In this document: positions 25,498 through 39,790 of the stretch, in pieces | Numbering within the stretch: position 1 is the first letter of the stretch | How the letters are laid out: the number at the start of each line of letters is the position of its first letter | Origin: Octopus sinensis | Lineage: Eukaryota | Assembly (NCBI RefSeq): GCF_006345805.1 | Contig: NC_043012.1 | Coordinates: forward strand, 58,776,001-58,840,000 | Length of the DNA stretch: 64,000 nt | Reading direction: 5' to 3' | Notes under the pieces: generated by a model | What the model was told of the DNA's origin: nothing | Seen by the model: only the letters and a program-made list of their open reading frames with translations | Databases searched by the model: none | Made by a program: the position numbers and the translations under genes

Positions 25498-27442
25498 AGA
25501 TTAATTTTCATGTTGATTTCAAAATTTCGCTTCATTTGTATGCAGCACGCATCTGTTTTTCAGTAGATACTTGCTAATATTTACATATCTGTATATATGA
25601 AATTATTGACGTAACAAATAAGGGCATATTATTTTTAGAAGGTAACTGAGTTTATTGAGTTAAAAATCATCACTGTCATTCTACAAAGAGTAAATGTACA
25701 AAAAAAAGTGGGACAGACAAAATAGACAAAGTTAGAACAACAGAGTTAGAATCATTGTGAATTGGATGCTGAAATACCTATTTCATCAGACAAAACTTGA
25801 TTGGTTAATTTATAATGATGAAATATTGCATTTGAACTACACAGCAATGAAGAGCGTAGCTTATTTTAAAGGTATGTTTCCATGATGTAAATGTGTTGTT
25901 TGGACGCCCCCAGACGATGAAGTAGGCTAGCCCAATACGTAGATATAGAGGGAGAAGCCTAGACGTCAAGAGACTAGTAGTAGCAGAGAGAGCAGTAGTA
26001 GTAGAGTTGAGTAGAAGACATCCGAACGGGCGACATAAAATGAAATACGTGCATACACGTCATTAACTGGAATTTCATTATAATGATAATGCAGGAACTA
26101 AAACCAAAAAACTTTCTCATCTTGAAAACTGTGTGTGATGTCAAAAACCTAATTGTATATTTGAAATCAGCATTAAACAGTACACTAAGTACGCCTTGAC
26201 ATATACTTAATGAAAAATACTTAATGACCAGTGTTATTATCTATGCACAGAAATCTTAAGATGCAAACTCATTCACACCAGCAAGATGCAGTCTTTCTCC
26301 AGTAAATGAGAGAGCAAATGTTTCAATGCTTTGTGACGAAAATAGAATGATAAATAACGAAATGCCAGCGTGTATTCGATAAGTCTGGCTGAGCTTTCGA
26401 ACATAGATTCCTCTCAAATAATTTCTTAGACTTGATAATATACTCACAATTGCAGCTCATTTTCCATTCAGTGTCGATGGCTCATTTGGATTTGCTATTA
26501 CAGTACCGTATTGCAAGCCCGCAGACCTAATATGATATATCACGTAACTCTACGTTCTTTTTAAGTAACCCATAGCTGAATACTAAACGTTCAGCGATTT
26601 GGTGATTCGAAAGCCAACTTTTCAATTGGTTACTACAATACATATAAGAGAACCAGAATCTGTTGCTTCGGAAATCTTTATCATTGTCAGTCACTTTTTC
26701 GCAGGCTCTAGAATGGTATCAGTGAATCCACCAAAGCTCGCCCCTCATTTTTACGATATATTGATTCCCGTGAAGATCTTTGGAGAGATCTCACGGGAAT
26801 AAAGTCCTGTACACTCCCGGTCACATTATAGCCAACATGCGCTACGAATACTGCGATCTAACATCTCAAACATTGTGCTTAATATATATGGATAGGAAAT
26901 TATGGATTGTATGCTCATTGTTCACGTCATTCGCCTTTAACGCTTCTACTTCCCTCCAAACATTGATAGAAATATTCATAATGTGCAACGTGCAGCGATA
27001 TACGTCTACCTAAATGATGAGTAAACATGTTTGGTATTCATTCATAATGCTTTTGAAGTCGAACATCGAAAATAAACGTGTTGTTTCATGCGGAGCCATT
27101 TACAGTCAACCGTATCTCGTATGTTGTTATCAGTTTTTTTCAACACCACACCTTTTTTCTATTGATAAGCATGAAATGTCGTTGACTTAGATACAATATT
27201 AAAAGAAATCCATTGGGCACAATGCTACTGGAGAACCTTACGTTTCCAAGGCCGAATTGCTGAAATGCTCGAAGTTCGTCACGACCTAATTATGGCTAAC
27301 CACTGCGGTAATAATAATTGTTAATTTTCGTAAAAGATGAGCAATCTCGAAGTGAGGCTGTAGACAATTTCACCAAGTCCAGTACTTGGCAGATCGAAAG
27401 GGATGAAAGCAAAGTTGAACTCGGAAAAATTTGAACTGAGAT

Positions 27443-27672
27443 ACTCTTTTAGTTTTTTACTCTTTCACTTGCTTCAATAGTTTGACTGTGGCCATGCTGG
27501 GGCACTGCATTTAGTTGAGCAAATCGACCCAGGACTTATACTTTGGAAGCCTAGTACTTATTATATCGGTCTCTTTGCCGAACCGCTAAGTTACGGGGAC
27601 GTAAACACACCAGCACCGGTTGTCAAGCGATTTTGGGGGGGAAAAACACAGACACACAAACATATACACACA

Positions 27673-27724
<52 letters not shown>

Positions 27725-27888
27725 TAAGACGGACTTCTTTCAGTTTTCGTCATCAAATCCACACACAAGTCATTTGTCGGCTCGAGGCTATAGTAGAAGG
27801 TACTTCGCCAAGCTGCCACGCAGTGGGACTGAACCCGGAACCATGTGGTTCGTAAGCAAGCTAGTTACCACACACCCACTCCTACGCC
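27443..27888 (-). mobile_element. SINE family A, full length
   Basis: Reverse complement of 12889-13285. Confidence 0.9.
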
Positions 27889-29009
27889 TAAAAATTATGA
27901 ACACCCTTAATCGATTTTCGAACCTTATTGGGTTCTCAGCAGTTGCGTCTACAACATTCTGACAGTCTCCATAAGGTTCCTAACTAAATGCCGCAACGCA
28001 ATTTATTCGACGCTCAAGAGACACTGCTAATAATGTCGAACCTTGGCAAAAGGACAGTAATTTCATGGGAGGTAGTAAATTGATTACAACGACCCCAGTG
28101 CTCGACTGGTACTTATGTTATCGACCCCGAAAAGGTGAAAGGCAAAGTCAACCTGGGGAAAAAGGAAAAGTTGATTAAATTGACTCCAGTCTTTGACTCA
28201 TTGTTCTTTAACAGACCCTCAATTCATTAAAAGGAATTTCGAGCCCGATGATATTTGAAATCAGATCGTAAAAATCCTAAATGAATGCCGCAAGTTATTT
28301 TCTTCGGCGCTCTAAAGACTCTGTCAATCCAGAAGCTTTTAGTAATTTCTTAACAAAAACCTAAATTAATACTATAGTTAAATTGAAACTTATTATTAAA
28401 CCAGCATATATTATATTTGATACATACAAAAAGACTTAGAAACGAACACCAGTTCGCGAAGATTTGAACTCATAACGCAGAGAGGCCTGATTAAATACCT
28501 CGTAGAATTGTACTGCTTGCCTCTTTAAGTATTGTACAAAACAACTCTAGTCAGCTCGGATAATTTTATTTGTACTAAAACAATAATATTCAGAACAATA
28601 TACAATATTAACGTTTTCCTTTATCGTCATGATTTACAATTAGATGCAAACCAGTTTAAATCCTCGTTTCCAATAATATTAGATAGAGGTCCAGATTTCA
28701 TTACGATATAAACGCTTGAAACGAATAAAGCTAGAACGGAAACACGAGCGTACACAGGAATACATAGGCAACACTGTGGCACTCGCACATATGAAGAAAA
28801 ATACAGGCACACACAAGCGCGCGTGAACATGTACACACGTAAAGACATAATGATTTAATCCCCAACAAACACACACAGATACGCGAGCACGCACAAACGT
28901 TTGTACAGGCTAACATCCTTAATCACACATATTTCTATATAAAGCAGAAATACTCACACGCATGCACATATATGTATATATGCATACGTTTATACATACA
29001 TACACACAG

Positions 29010-29197
<188 letters not shown>

Positions 29198-30249
29198 ACT
29201 TTTATATGTGCGATTGTATATGCAATAAATACGTCAGAATACGAGAATGCAGCCGCGTACATCTAATCACAATAATTGAAAGAGATTTATATATACATAC
29301 ACATATACACATATATAATATATATATCTGCCTACATATAATTACATATACCCACGTGTGTACATGTATACATACTTATTTATAAGTGCGTGTGTGTGTG
29401 TACTCGTGTCTTGTGCATAATATATAATATATATATATATATACACATACACATATATATGTCTGAGTGTATATATATGTGTGTGCGCGCGTGTGTGTGT
29501 GTGTGTATGTGTGTGTGTGTGTGTGTGTGTGTCTGTGTGTGTGTGTCTTTTTATGCGGGTGTATATTTGTGCATATTCCATTTCTGTTTGTATATCAAGC
29601 TATCTTACGCTGGTGTTTGGCTAGATGGATGGATAGATGGATGGATAGATGGATGGATGGATGGATGGATGGATTGATGGATGGCGGGAGGGATGGACGT
29701 GCGGTCGGTGAGCAAGAGAGGAAGCGAGAAATAAATCAATAATTCTAATGGACTGATGGACAAGCAAATCCTTATTAGGATTAATTATCTAAGCACCAGC
29801 CCGTTTTACGAATAATAGAATAGAACACCTAATGGATTGAAAATGCTTGATTATGCCCTTACTGAAGGGGAAACCACCAATTGATTTCCTTGTAATTGCA
29901 ATTTACTGTTTATTGTTGTCATCATAAAATCTGCTCTCATATTTGATCAGTTTTAATTCCATGAGACGTTTCAGAATATCTTTTATAACATATCGCATAA
30001 AATTAATGTGTTGTGTATATGGGATGCGTTGTGTATGTGTTGTGTGTGTGTGTGCGTGTGTTCGCGTGTCTGTGGGTGTGGGTGTGTGTGTGCGCGTGTG
30101 TACGCTGCGCGCGTATATGTAGTATGTTGAGCGTGTGTTTATGTCATTCTCCGATGAATATTGTTGTGTCGATGTTACCATTGTATACATATAGATATAT
30201 ACATAGCACACAGTGCTCTATGTGTGATTATATACACATACATACATAC

Positions 30250-30313
<64 letters not shown>

Positions 30314-30507
30314 ATATAATATATATATATATACATAAATATATATATAATGCAATATAAATGTATGCTTCAATATATATATGTATATATATAAATATTT
30401 CTCTACAATATATATATTTGTTTAATAAATATATATATATATAGACATATACATATATATAGTACATATATACATATATATATATATTGAGTACATACAT
30501 TATATAT

Positions 30508-30560
<53 letters not shown>

Positions 30561-31334
30561 TATATACACACATACATATATGAATATATACACACACAAA
30601 CATATATATATATATATATATACCTTTTACTTGTATGCTTACATTCATACATCCATTCGTCCTCACATACATACATACATACATACTTACATACATACAC
30701 ACACTCATAAATACATACTTCCATACGTACTTACATACATACACACATACATACACGCATACATCTATACAAACAAACATACATACAACTGATTTTAGTT
30801 GGGAAATAAATTCTAGCCATTATTCTCTACACGTTTTCAATGACAAATCCTTTTTATTAAATTTTTTTCTTAGATTCCATTTTGTTTTGCTTTTTCTTTC
30901 CATTCTCCCTGTCAAACAAAAAACCAATTAGGAAATTTTAAAATTTCATTTTGTAAAACCACTTAAAAGGTAAAGATACATAAAGTAAAATTAAATTAAA
31001 TATTTGTTGTATGTGACGACCTCTAAATAATTCCCGCCCCATCAGCAGACCTATATGATACTCAAGCGGTCTCTGTAAACATCTGTTTGAACCGTTGGAT
31101 ACTTGATGTTTCTAGTTAGATCTAGAATAAGTTGTGTTTATGATTTTGTTGCTGTTCCTGATGTTGTTTCCTTTTGGTCGCAAACCTGGCCTATAGTCAA
31201 AGACATTCCAACTGCCGTGGCTGCTCCTTTTATTTCATCTTATTTCATGTTATTTATTTTTATTGGTCCGTGTGTTAAATGAGTACTGACTCTGATATAT
31301 ATTTCCTTATTGAAAGTGTTCAGTTATAAGATTT

Positions 31335-31800
31335 CAGAATGTTTTGGCTGCTATTTCCAGCACGGATGTGACCGCATACCAACGCACCCCTTTCTCTCTT
31401 GGTCGTCCTTTTCCCGTCATTTTTCTCTTTTTATTATTTTACCGCGTAGCTCTAGGGCAGTCCAAAACGTGGTACCTTATATTTTGAAGCATATTCGATT
31501 ACTATTTCTAGCAGAACGAGTGACTGGCTTTCATCCAGCTTCTTCCTCTGCTTCGCCCTTGTAGGTCGTTAGCCTTGTGTTACTTTATTATGTATCTTCA
31601 GGGAAATCATAAACGTGCTCTCCTATGCCACATTTTCAATCTGTCGAACAACTAGGCGCGCTCCGTGGAAATACTTTCCACTGTTATATTATACTGCCCC
31701 CTTGATAAGGGCGTTACTGAGCTCCCTCACATACAGTAAGGAATCATACTAGTATTAATATGAAAACCTATTCTTGTTGCACACACTCGAGTGTCCAGTT
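31335..31800 (-). mobile_element. Degraded RTE-clade LINE 3' region
   Basis: Minus strand remnants LLYV..., KMWHRR, RFG, ELRGKIIKRKMTGKGRPR, followed by a CTGGAAATAGCAGCCAAA tail also seen at ~38865. Confidence 0.4.
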
Positions 31801-32019
31801 ATTTTTCTATATAGAGATAACCAGAGTCCAGAAATCCATAATTATTGTCCACTGTAAATACCGTTGTCGGCGTTTATACCAGCAATTTATGCTAATGGTT
31901 GTATCTGGCCCCTTGACCAAGTCATGAGCATTACATTACATCATGATGTCACTAGCCTCTTGCAGCAGAAATTAAACAAAATATCTGCTGCCCTCTTATA
32001 TTTTATCTTTTGCAATTAC

Positions 32020-32370
32020 TTTTTACAGTCATTCGTCGACGGCCGTACTGTGGCACCGCCTTCAAGAATTCACTCAAAGAAACTGCAACCAGTACTGATT
32101 TTTAAAAGACTGTTACTGTAAGAGACGGACTCAGAAACATTGATAGAATAAGTAACTACATTGCAGAGACGTAAACGCACCAACACCGGTTGTCAATCGA
32201 TGGTGGCAGGGACAACAAAAACATACAGACATACACAATTCACTAACATTACGTTGGTCGGCTTGGGAACCACAATAAGAAACACAGGAACTCAGTGCCT
32301 CACAGTGGGACTGAACTAGGAACCGCGTGGTTTCCGAGCGAGTTTCTTAACCACATAGCCAATCCCGCTC
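32020..32370 (-). mobile_element. SINE family A, diverged
   Basis: CAGTGGGACTGAAC...AACCACATAGCC head plus CACCAACACCGGTTGTC body. Confidence 0.65.
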
Positions 32371-32424
32371 TTATACCAACCTTACGATATCTATCCGCTT
32401 CACTGTGGAGCAGATCTATTAAGG

Positions 32425-32480
<56 letters not shown>

Positions 32481-34030
32481 CTAAATAAGTGTATATGGTA
32501 TATATTATAGGATAACTTAGAAAGCTCTGATGTTTCGACCGGAGATTAACTGTGGTCATGTCTGTAAACTTAACTATCTACCCGTCAGTCTGCCTGATTT
32601 TCGTTCTCTCTCCCTTCTTCCCTCTCCCTCTCCCTCTCTCTATCTCTATATATACACACATATATATATATGTATGTATATATACATATGTGTATATGTG
32701 TACATATATAAATATATATATATATATATACATACCTGCTGGTGTGTAATGTGGTTTTAGATATACGGCTATAAATATATTGACTGGAGTGGCATGACTG
32801 GAATACCTTTGTTCATAGATGTACTCCGCTAAAAGGAGTGACCTGCGATTAACCAAGTATTTCACTACCACCACCAACAACAACAACAGCATCAACACCA
32901 CCATCAACAACACCACCAACTCTATCACAAACAACAACAACAAATTACAACTCCTAATCTGCTGCTTCAAATTGATTGCTGTAAACTGACAAGAACGATA
33001 ACGTGCGGCAACTAGCGCAAACCTTTAGATTATATGATCTCAGTTTCACAATAGTTAGGAAATTTGTTGAGAGAGAAGAAAGCAGAAAGAGAAACGGGGG
33101 GAAAAGGAGAGAGAGAGAGAGAGGAGTAGAGAGGAAGGCTGAAATAGATTTAGCTGTTAAATTAAACAGGATAAGTGGTCACCTGTCATTTACTGAAATT
33201 GGTTACAAGGTCTCATTGGATATATAAACCTGGAAAGCTTGTTGAAGTTAATATCAAGCCTCATTATTACTTAAATATATAAGAGTAAAACTACTGATGT
33301 AGAAACTGACGACAGTGATGCAACGTGGTCGTTTGATTCACTAGAATTAGTAGCCATATCATCCTAAAATTTCGCTACTGTTTTCACAAATATATAGAGG
33401 AAGGTGAGGAAGATCTGTTGCAAAATATGACCTATCTTCTTGTTTTTAAGAATAAAGAAAACTGGATGGGCATGTTTGGAATGACTTTGTATCAAAGATT
33501 GAACTAAATAACATCAATATCAACAAGCGATATATCAAGGTTGAGGATACGAAGCTGTGTTACTTAGTCAGTGGTTTGGTCGAATCGCTAAAGCTCAGGG
33601 AAAAGATTCTTTGCATTATTTGTTTCAGATCTATATTTTCTGATTTCAAAACCCAATGAGGTTAACTTTGTATTTTATTTTTCTAGAACAATTGATAAAA
33701 TTTGCCTCAAACTTTTCAACACTGATAATATGAAAGTAAGCTAATCTTGCTTCCTAAATATAAATACAAAGATTACATATTCCCACTATCCCAACATACA
33801 TAGTGCAAATTCAGAGATGTTTTGTCGCAAGGTCGTCTTTCGATTCTCTGTCCGGATTTTGAGTTATGTACTTGAGTAAAATATTTTGTTTCACGTTGGG
33901 CAAGCTCACTCAGCTAGAAACGAGTTACCCTACAACGAACTAGTTACCCTTTTAAGAGAAATGTTTATAATGTCGTTTATTTATACGTCATAGAAACCTG
34001 ATAAGCGACACGATTTGAATGATCTTATAT

Positions 34031-34081
<51 letters not shown>

Positions 34082-34314
34082 AGATAGGGGTTGTAAATTA
34101 CTGTACTGTATTAATGTCTAATCTCATTGCTATTGTGTAGTGTTTTAATAAAGTATGATTCGGTATTATCTGATAGTTGATGATTGATTTAGATATACTT
34201 CTCCATTTTCTCATTTTGTATATATATATATATAGGCATATAGATATATAAATATATCATCCTAATATGTATATATTATCATATATATATATATATAATA
34301 CCATATATATATAT

Positions 34315-34373
<59 letters not shown>

Positions 34374-35039
34374 CCAATATATATATTGACTAATACTTCG
34401 ATACTTCTGCTATGTTTTAGGTTCTCATTCTAAGTTATGAATTTATTAATCATTGATCATATATCATTAAATATTCATAATATTTGATTAAAAATATTCA
34501 ACATTTCTGTGGACAACTTTTTGCATAGCATTTCTATGAAAACGTAGCTAAATGAATAAAAAAAACTAACGACAGAAAAGAAAGTAAAAAAATGAGCTAA
34601 ATTAATAACTTACGAACAACATAAATTCTAAATGGCTTAGAGGTTTATTTCATTCAAAATTCATTGTATTACCATCATATGGATAGAGACCGGAATTCCA
34701 TTCTCGCGAATGTTACGTATGTAAAGTTTCAAGCATCATAAAGTGAATATTTCTTATGCCACTTTGGTGTTATATCTGACGAATGAAGCTAAAATCGCAA
34801 GATCTGTAATTAATATTGTAAAGACGGTCGCATCAGTGAAATTAGTGCGATGTTTGTTGAGATGGTGCCACATTCTTGGTAATAACATCGGTAAATTCCT
34901 TCCAGGCTTTCGTTTAACTGCAGTTAGGTATTGTCACAGTAAACACACGAGTGGATTTTGTTTGTTTGTTTGTTATTTTTGTTTCTTGGTTGTTGATATT
35001 TATATTTGTTTTTTTTTTCGACTACCAAGCACAAAAAGG

Positions 35040-35790
35040 CATAGAGAGACAGAGAGAAAGTGAGAGAGAGTGAGAGAGAAAGATGGAGCGATTTGTAGAA
35101 GAGGAGAGGAGACTGGGTTGGAGGAGAAGAAAGAAAGAGACGGAAAAGAACAGAAAGCGAGATAGAGTGGTATATAGATCTAGATAGGGTTTGAGAAGAT
35201 TTGATTGAAACGGAGAGAGAGCACGCTGAAGTTGGTATGAGAAAGAGTGAAAAAGAGAGGGAGAGAGAGCGTTAGAGAAAGCTTGTAAGAAAGAAAGAGA
35301 TAGATATCTAGATAGAGAGAGAGAAAGAAAGAGAAGGAGAGTGGGTGGGTGCTGCAGATCTTTCGAGAGAGAGGGAGAGAGAGTTACGGAACGTTTGAGA
35401 CACAGAGGGAGAGAGAGAGAGAGAGAGCGCCGCTGAAAGTTTGAGAAAACGGTTGAGAGAGATAGCAAGAGAGAGAGCAAGAGTGGGAGAGCAAGAGAGA
35501 GAGAAAGAGAGAGAGCAAGAGAGGGAGAAGGAGCAATAGAGAGAGAAGGAGCAAGAGAGTGAGAGAGCAAGAGAGAGAGAGAGCAAGAGAGAGAGAGCAA
35601 GAGAGAGAGAGCAAGAGAGAGAGAGAGCAAGAGAGAGACAGCAAGAGATAGACCAAGAAAGAACGAGAGAGCAAGAAAGAGAGAGAGAGTTGCAAAAAAT
35701 TTGCTCAAGATAAAAAGTGAGAGAAAGTGGCACACACATTTTGAGTGTGAGTGGGGAGAGAGATGAGGGTGAGTGATAAAGTGAGAGAGA
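35040..35790. repeat. Degenerate polypurine (GA)n/(GAGAGAGCAA)n tract
   Basis: Strongly G/A-biased plus strand. The 265-aa Leu/Ser ORF is a by-product. Confidence 0.9.
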
Positions 35791-36445
35791 GAGGTGTCAA
35801 ATTCTCCAAACAAAGCCAAATTTATGATAAACGTTCATAATTTTCCCTGGATTAAATTTCATTTGACTCTGAATGGTAGGACGAACTTTCACGTTCTCAA
35901 GAAAAATAAATTCCAGCAGATAATAAATAATTTAGATTTGCTGTTTGAATTGTTTCTATTGTTTTTAATTATAAGAAGTAAAGTGATATCTTTGTTTTGA
36001 CTTAGATTAGGTATAGTGATTTTTATTGCTTGGAATAGGCATTCTGGAATCAAATTTCTGCAACGGTAAGAAGTAATGGAGTTGAATAGAATCAGTGAAA
36101 ATTGAGACAATAAGGTAATATACATGGTGAAATTTTTTCCTAAATGACAGAAGTCAAAAGTTCAAATATATTTCTTTATCTTAGACCCACCTTAGAGTTA
36201 ATACTTTATGAATTTGAGAAACTATTTATTAGATCTTATCTGAGCTTGTATAATTTCTTCAGTGGTATCAAAATATACTCATGGTTCCCCCACCACGTAG
36301 TAAGTAATACTTCGCAAATCGAAGTGCGGTTTCCATTCCCAGTTCGTCATTCAAATCACATGCACTGAAGTGACTACTTTATGTTACCGAGTTGCATGTG
36401 CGAGATTTAAAACTAATTATTCTTCTCCATATATGTATATATATA

Positions 36446-37290
36446 CTAGCAGAATTGCCCGGCGTTGCTCGGGGCTGAATTGCTTGAAAGTACTGTTAAT
36501 GATTGCACTGAATTATGATGATTATTCAGGCAAATATTGATATAAGCTTACGGTGGGAGATAAGGACTTAACAATCAAACGTGTGCCATTGCATTGTTTT
36601 GGGGGAACCAAATTTCTGATGAGCATTATAGGGGCACCAACTTTAAGTTTGAGAAAGTGTGGTGGTAGTCCGGGGTGCTCAAAGGAACTGAGTACCTCTA
36701 TTGGATAGTTGATGACGTCCTCTGGGTCAGGAGTTGTATCGATAGACTGATATACATAGACTTCCCCAGGAATGAGTTTTAGCATTTCATCATTATTATG
36801 GTGAACAGTTTTATTCCTCGGGGTCAGTATAGCATTTTTGGCCAATCCAATCCATATTCTGATAATTAGCTTGTAGATCTGGGAACACTGCATCTCTGAG
36901 ATCAGAAGGCGTCATAACAATGGTACAAATGGAATCGATGGCAATATTACCATTTTCATCCCCTGGTATTTTGCGTTCGCCAAGTGCAAGGAGGGTGTGA
37001 GGAAATGCTGCTGATGTGATATTACGTCGCATATGAGCACGCATATTGGTGTGAAGTTTGAGTGTTACTTCCGTTTATTTTTAAAAATATGCATTAAAAT
37101 GGAAAGAAATGATGATAAATTATTTGTAAAATCATAGACTCATCGTAGACGCGCGCTAATACCCAGAAGGGCTCTATATGAATCACGATTATAAGATACC
37201 CGGTTTTGGTTAAACTGCATCGCAAAATGTGGGAGTAGTTAGGAATCTAAATCGGAGTAGACAGACACACAACCTTTCTTTTATATATAA
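36446..37290 (-). mobile_element. Helitron with PIF1-like helicase remnant
   Basis: Same hairpin+CTAG end (36446) and 5' region as 8247-8627. Internal minus-strand peptides LLALGERKIPG...VFPDL...NMDW and AILTPRN...SID...YPIEVL...GLPPHFLKLKVGAPIMLIRNLVPPKQCNGTRLIV (36522-37044). Confidence 0.92.
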
Positions 37291-37292
37291 AT

Positions 37293-37780
37293 ATTTTCGT
37301 CCTAAAAAACTTTGTATGGATTGAATGGTTACCTCTATGGAAATATATACACGCACATTATACATACATGTGTGTATAGATGAATATATAAATACATTTA
37401 AATATCTATATACACTTTTGGGCGCTCTTTCTGTTTCTTAGAGATAACTTTAGATCTTATTTTCGTGCTAAAAAACTTTGTATGGAGTGAATGGTTACAT
37501 CTATGGAAATATATACACACACGTTATACATACATGTGTGCATAGATGAATATATAAATACATTTATATATCTATATACACTTTTGGGCGATCTCTGTGC
37601 TACTTAGAGATAACTTTAGATCTTATTTTCGTCCTAAAAAACTTTGTGCGGAGTGAATGGTTACGTGTATGGAAATATATACGCACACATTATACATACA
37701 TCTGTGTATAGATGAATATATAAATACATTTAAATATCTATATACACTTTTGGGCGATCTTTCTGCTACTTGGATATAGG
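37293..37780. repeat. 166-bp tandem repeat, 3 copies (plus the start of a 4th at ~38226)
   Basis: ATTTTCGT(C/G)CTAAAAAACTTTGT begins at 37293, 37459 and 37625. Confidence 0.95.
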
Positions 37781-38217
37781 GGCGATGTTTCGCTTGTCGC
37801 AGCACACGTTTCCGTCGATTTCCGTAAAAAATGTAAACACTGAATCGGCCATACATACATACATACATACATACACACACATACATACACACACACATAC
37901 ATGCATACATACATATACACATAAACCGAGTAAAAAAATTCAGTTATCTCTCTCTTTCACACATTACTCTCTCTGTCTCTTCACACACACTAACAGAAGC
38001 ACTTCACTTACACAACATACTGTCTGTCTCCCACACTCCATCAAACACACACACACACATGTACATCAATGCGTCCCATGCACGGTAACTTCAAAAGAAC
38101 ATCCCTCGTCATACAATCGCTTTCACTTAGTCTCTTTCGTTCTCATTACTTATGTAAAAAAAAAATTTTTTTACGGAAATCGACGGAAACCTGTGCTACG
38201 ACAAGCGAAAAATCGCC
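37781..38217. mobile_element. MITE with 51-bp TIRs and 8-bp TSD (Merlin-like, tentative)
   Basis: TIRs 37781-37831 and 38167-38217 (3 mismatches), starting GG; perfect flanking direct repeat GATATAGG at 37773-37780 and 38218-38225. Confidence 0.85.
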
Positions 38218-38249
38218 GATATAGGTCTTATATTCGTCCTAAAATACTT

Positions 38250-38704
38250 TCCTGTCACACACTCACGCACACGCACGCACACACACACACACACACGCAC
38301 CCTCACACACACACACACGCACACACACACTCACACACACGCACGTTAGCTTACAATTTTATTTATATATTTGCGTGTCTATGTGTGTAAAGAGGAAGTG
38401 GCAGACAGAAAGAGTCACTCACTACAAAAGGTGAATTACTTTCATTTTATTCCTTGCACACTGTGTGTGTGCGTGTGCGTGTGGTGTAAAACACATTAAG
38501 AAAAGCATTTGACATACACACCAGAATGTGAGTTTTCTGTAAATTTTGCTTAATTGGAGTTTAAATTTTAAAAAGTGGACCTGGCAAAACCCGATGCATT
38601 CTACTCTTAAAAATGCTAAGTAAATTGTAATTGAAGAAATCCTATATTGTAGATTTCTATAACTGACAAAGGGAGGCAGATAAAATCTGCCTTTTATAAT
38701 AAGA
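38250..38704 (-). mobile_element. 5' part of a second Helitron-like family
   Basis: Minus strand begins A|TCTTATTATAAAAGGCAGATTTTATCTGCC, a TC start with subterminal palindrome GGCAGAT-AAA-ATCTGCC (38675-38691). It abuts (TA)n. Confidence 0.55.
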
Positions 38705-39701
38705 TATATATATATATATATATATATATAAATTTATATGAATAAGGATAAGATCGATATTTAAATACTGATCTTATCAAGTGGCCAGCATGGGAATAAA
38801 TCCTTCAAAGGTAATAATTATTATTAAAATTTTAATTTTGGGTATCTAAGAGATACCACCACGCTTGAAATAGCAGCCAAAACTTGACTGTAAAACCACA
38901 TTGAGAATAATTTATATATATACGTATATATATATAAGCATATATATATATAGTGTACTATTCCATGATGTTAGGATCAACCAAAATGTACAGCATTTGG
39001 TGAGAGATATTATTCAAGAAACTCAATATGCGTTTTTATGTGTTACTACTAGTTTCTTGTGATGAGAACAGGCCAAACATTGTCCAGTGCCCCAGCACGA
39101 TCGTCGGACACAGCCCACATAAAAACAGATCCTGTTTTCATATTAAACAATATACATATATTGCTAATGATTCTTTATATCCTTAGGACTTCTAACAGCA
39201 GATGAAAGATCTGAAGAAACTATCCTCATGTTAATCAACCCGAACCGGATATCTTGCAACACAAAGAACGCCGCAACAGACAGACAAGGGCCAGGAGATG
39301 GTGCTATACTGTGTGATTGATGAAGTATATCATTCAAAGAATCCAGAAGCAGAATGCAATGAGGCTGATTAAACAGCAGGTAGAATGATGATAGCCATTC
39401 TATAGCAACAAATCCGTCAATGGAGAGGCCTAAATTCATACGTGAATTTATAGATTTGAAATGATGAAAGGAGATGTTTATTTCGGTGTGGTAGGAATGG
39501 GCTGTCTCTTAGCAACACAGCTAATATGGAAATAAAGTAGCTAAAGTAACATTAAATATTCGGGTGTATGCTCTGTTAAACGAAAGTTTTATCGTGAAGA
39601 ACTACTGAAACCAGCTATGTGCAATACAAAGCGTAAATATAGAGTATACACAATATACCTACATAAATATATGCATCTATGTGCATACATGTATACGTAC
39701 A

Positions 39702-39783
<82 letters not shown>

Positions 39784-39790
39784 ATATATA

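Noticed and set aside
25880-26090. Possible solo LTR (TG start, purine-rich AGT repeats)
   Set aside because: No clear CA end, TSD or second copy.
26230-26800. Minus-strand exon-like VCGLAIRYCNSKSK*AIDTEW (HRM-domain-like) with a GTGAGT donor
   Set aside because: In-frame stop; surrounding sequence has faint ancient-mariner echoes, so more likely TE debris.
35022-35819. 265-aa Leu/Ser-rich ORF; likewise the 284-aa ORF at 45574-46428 and the poly-I/N ORFs at 43.5-44.7 kb
   Set aside because: Translations of simple repeats.
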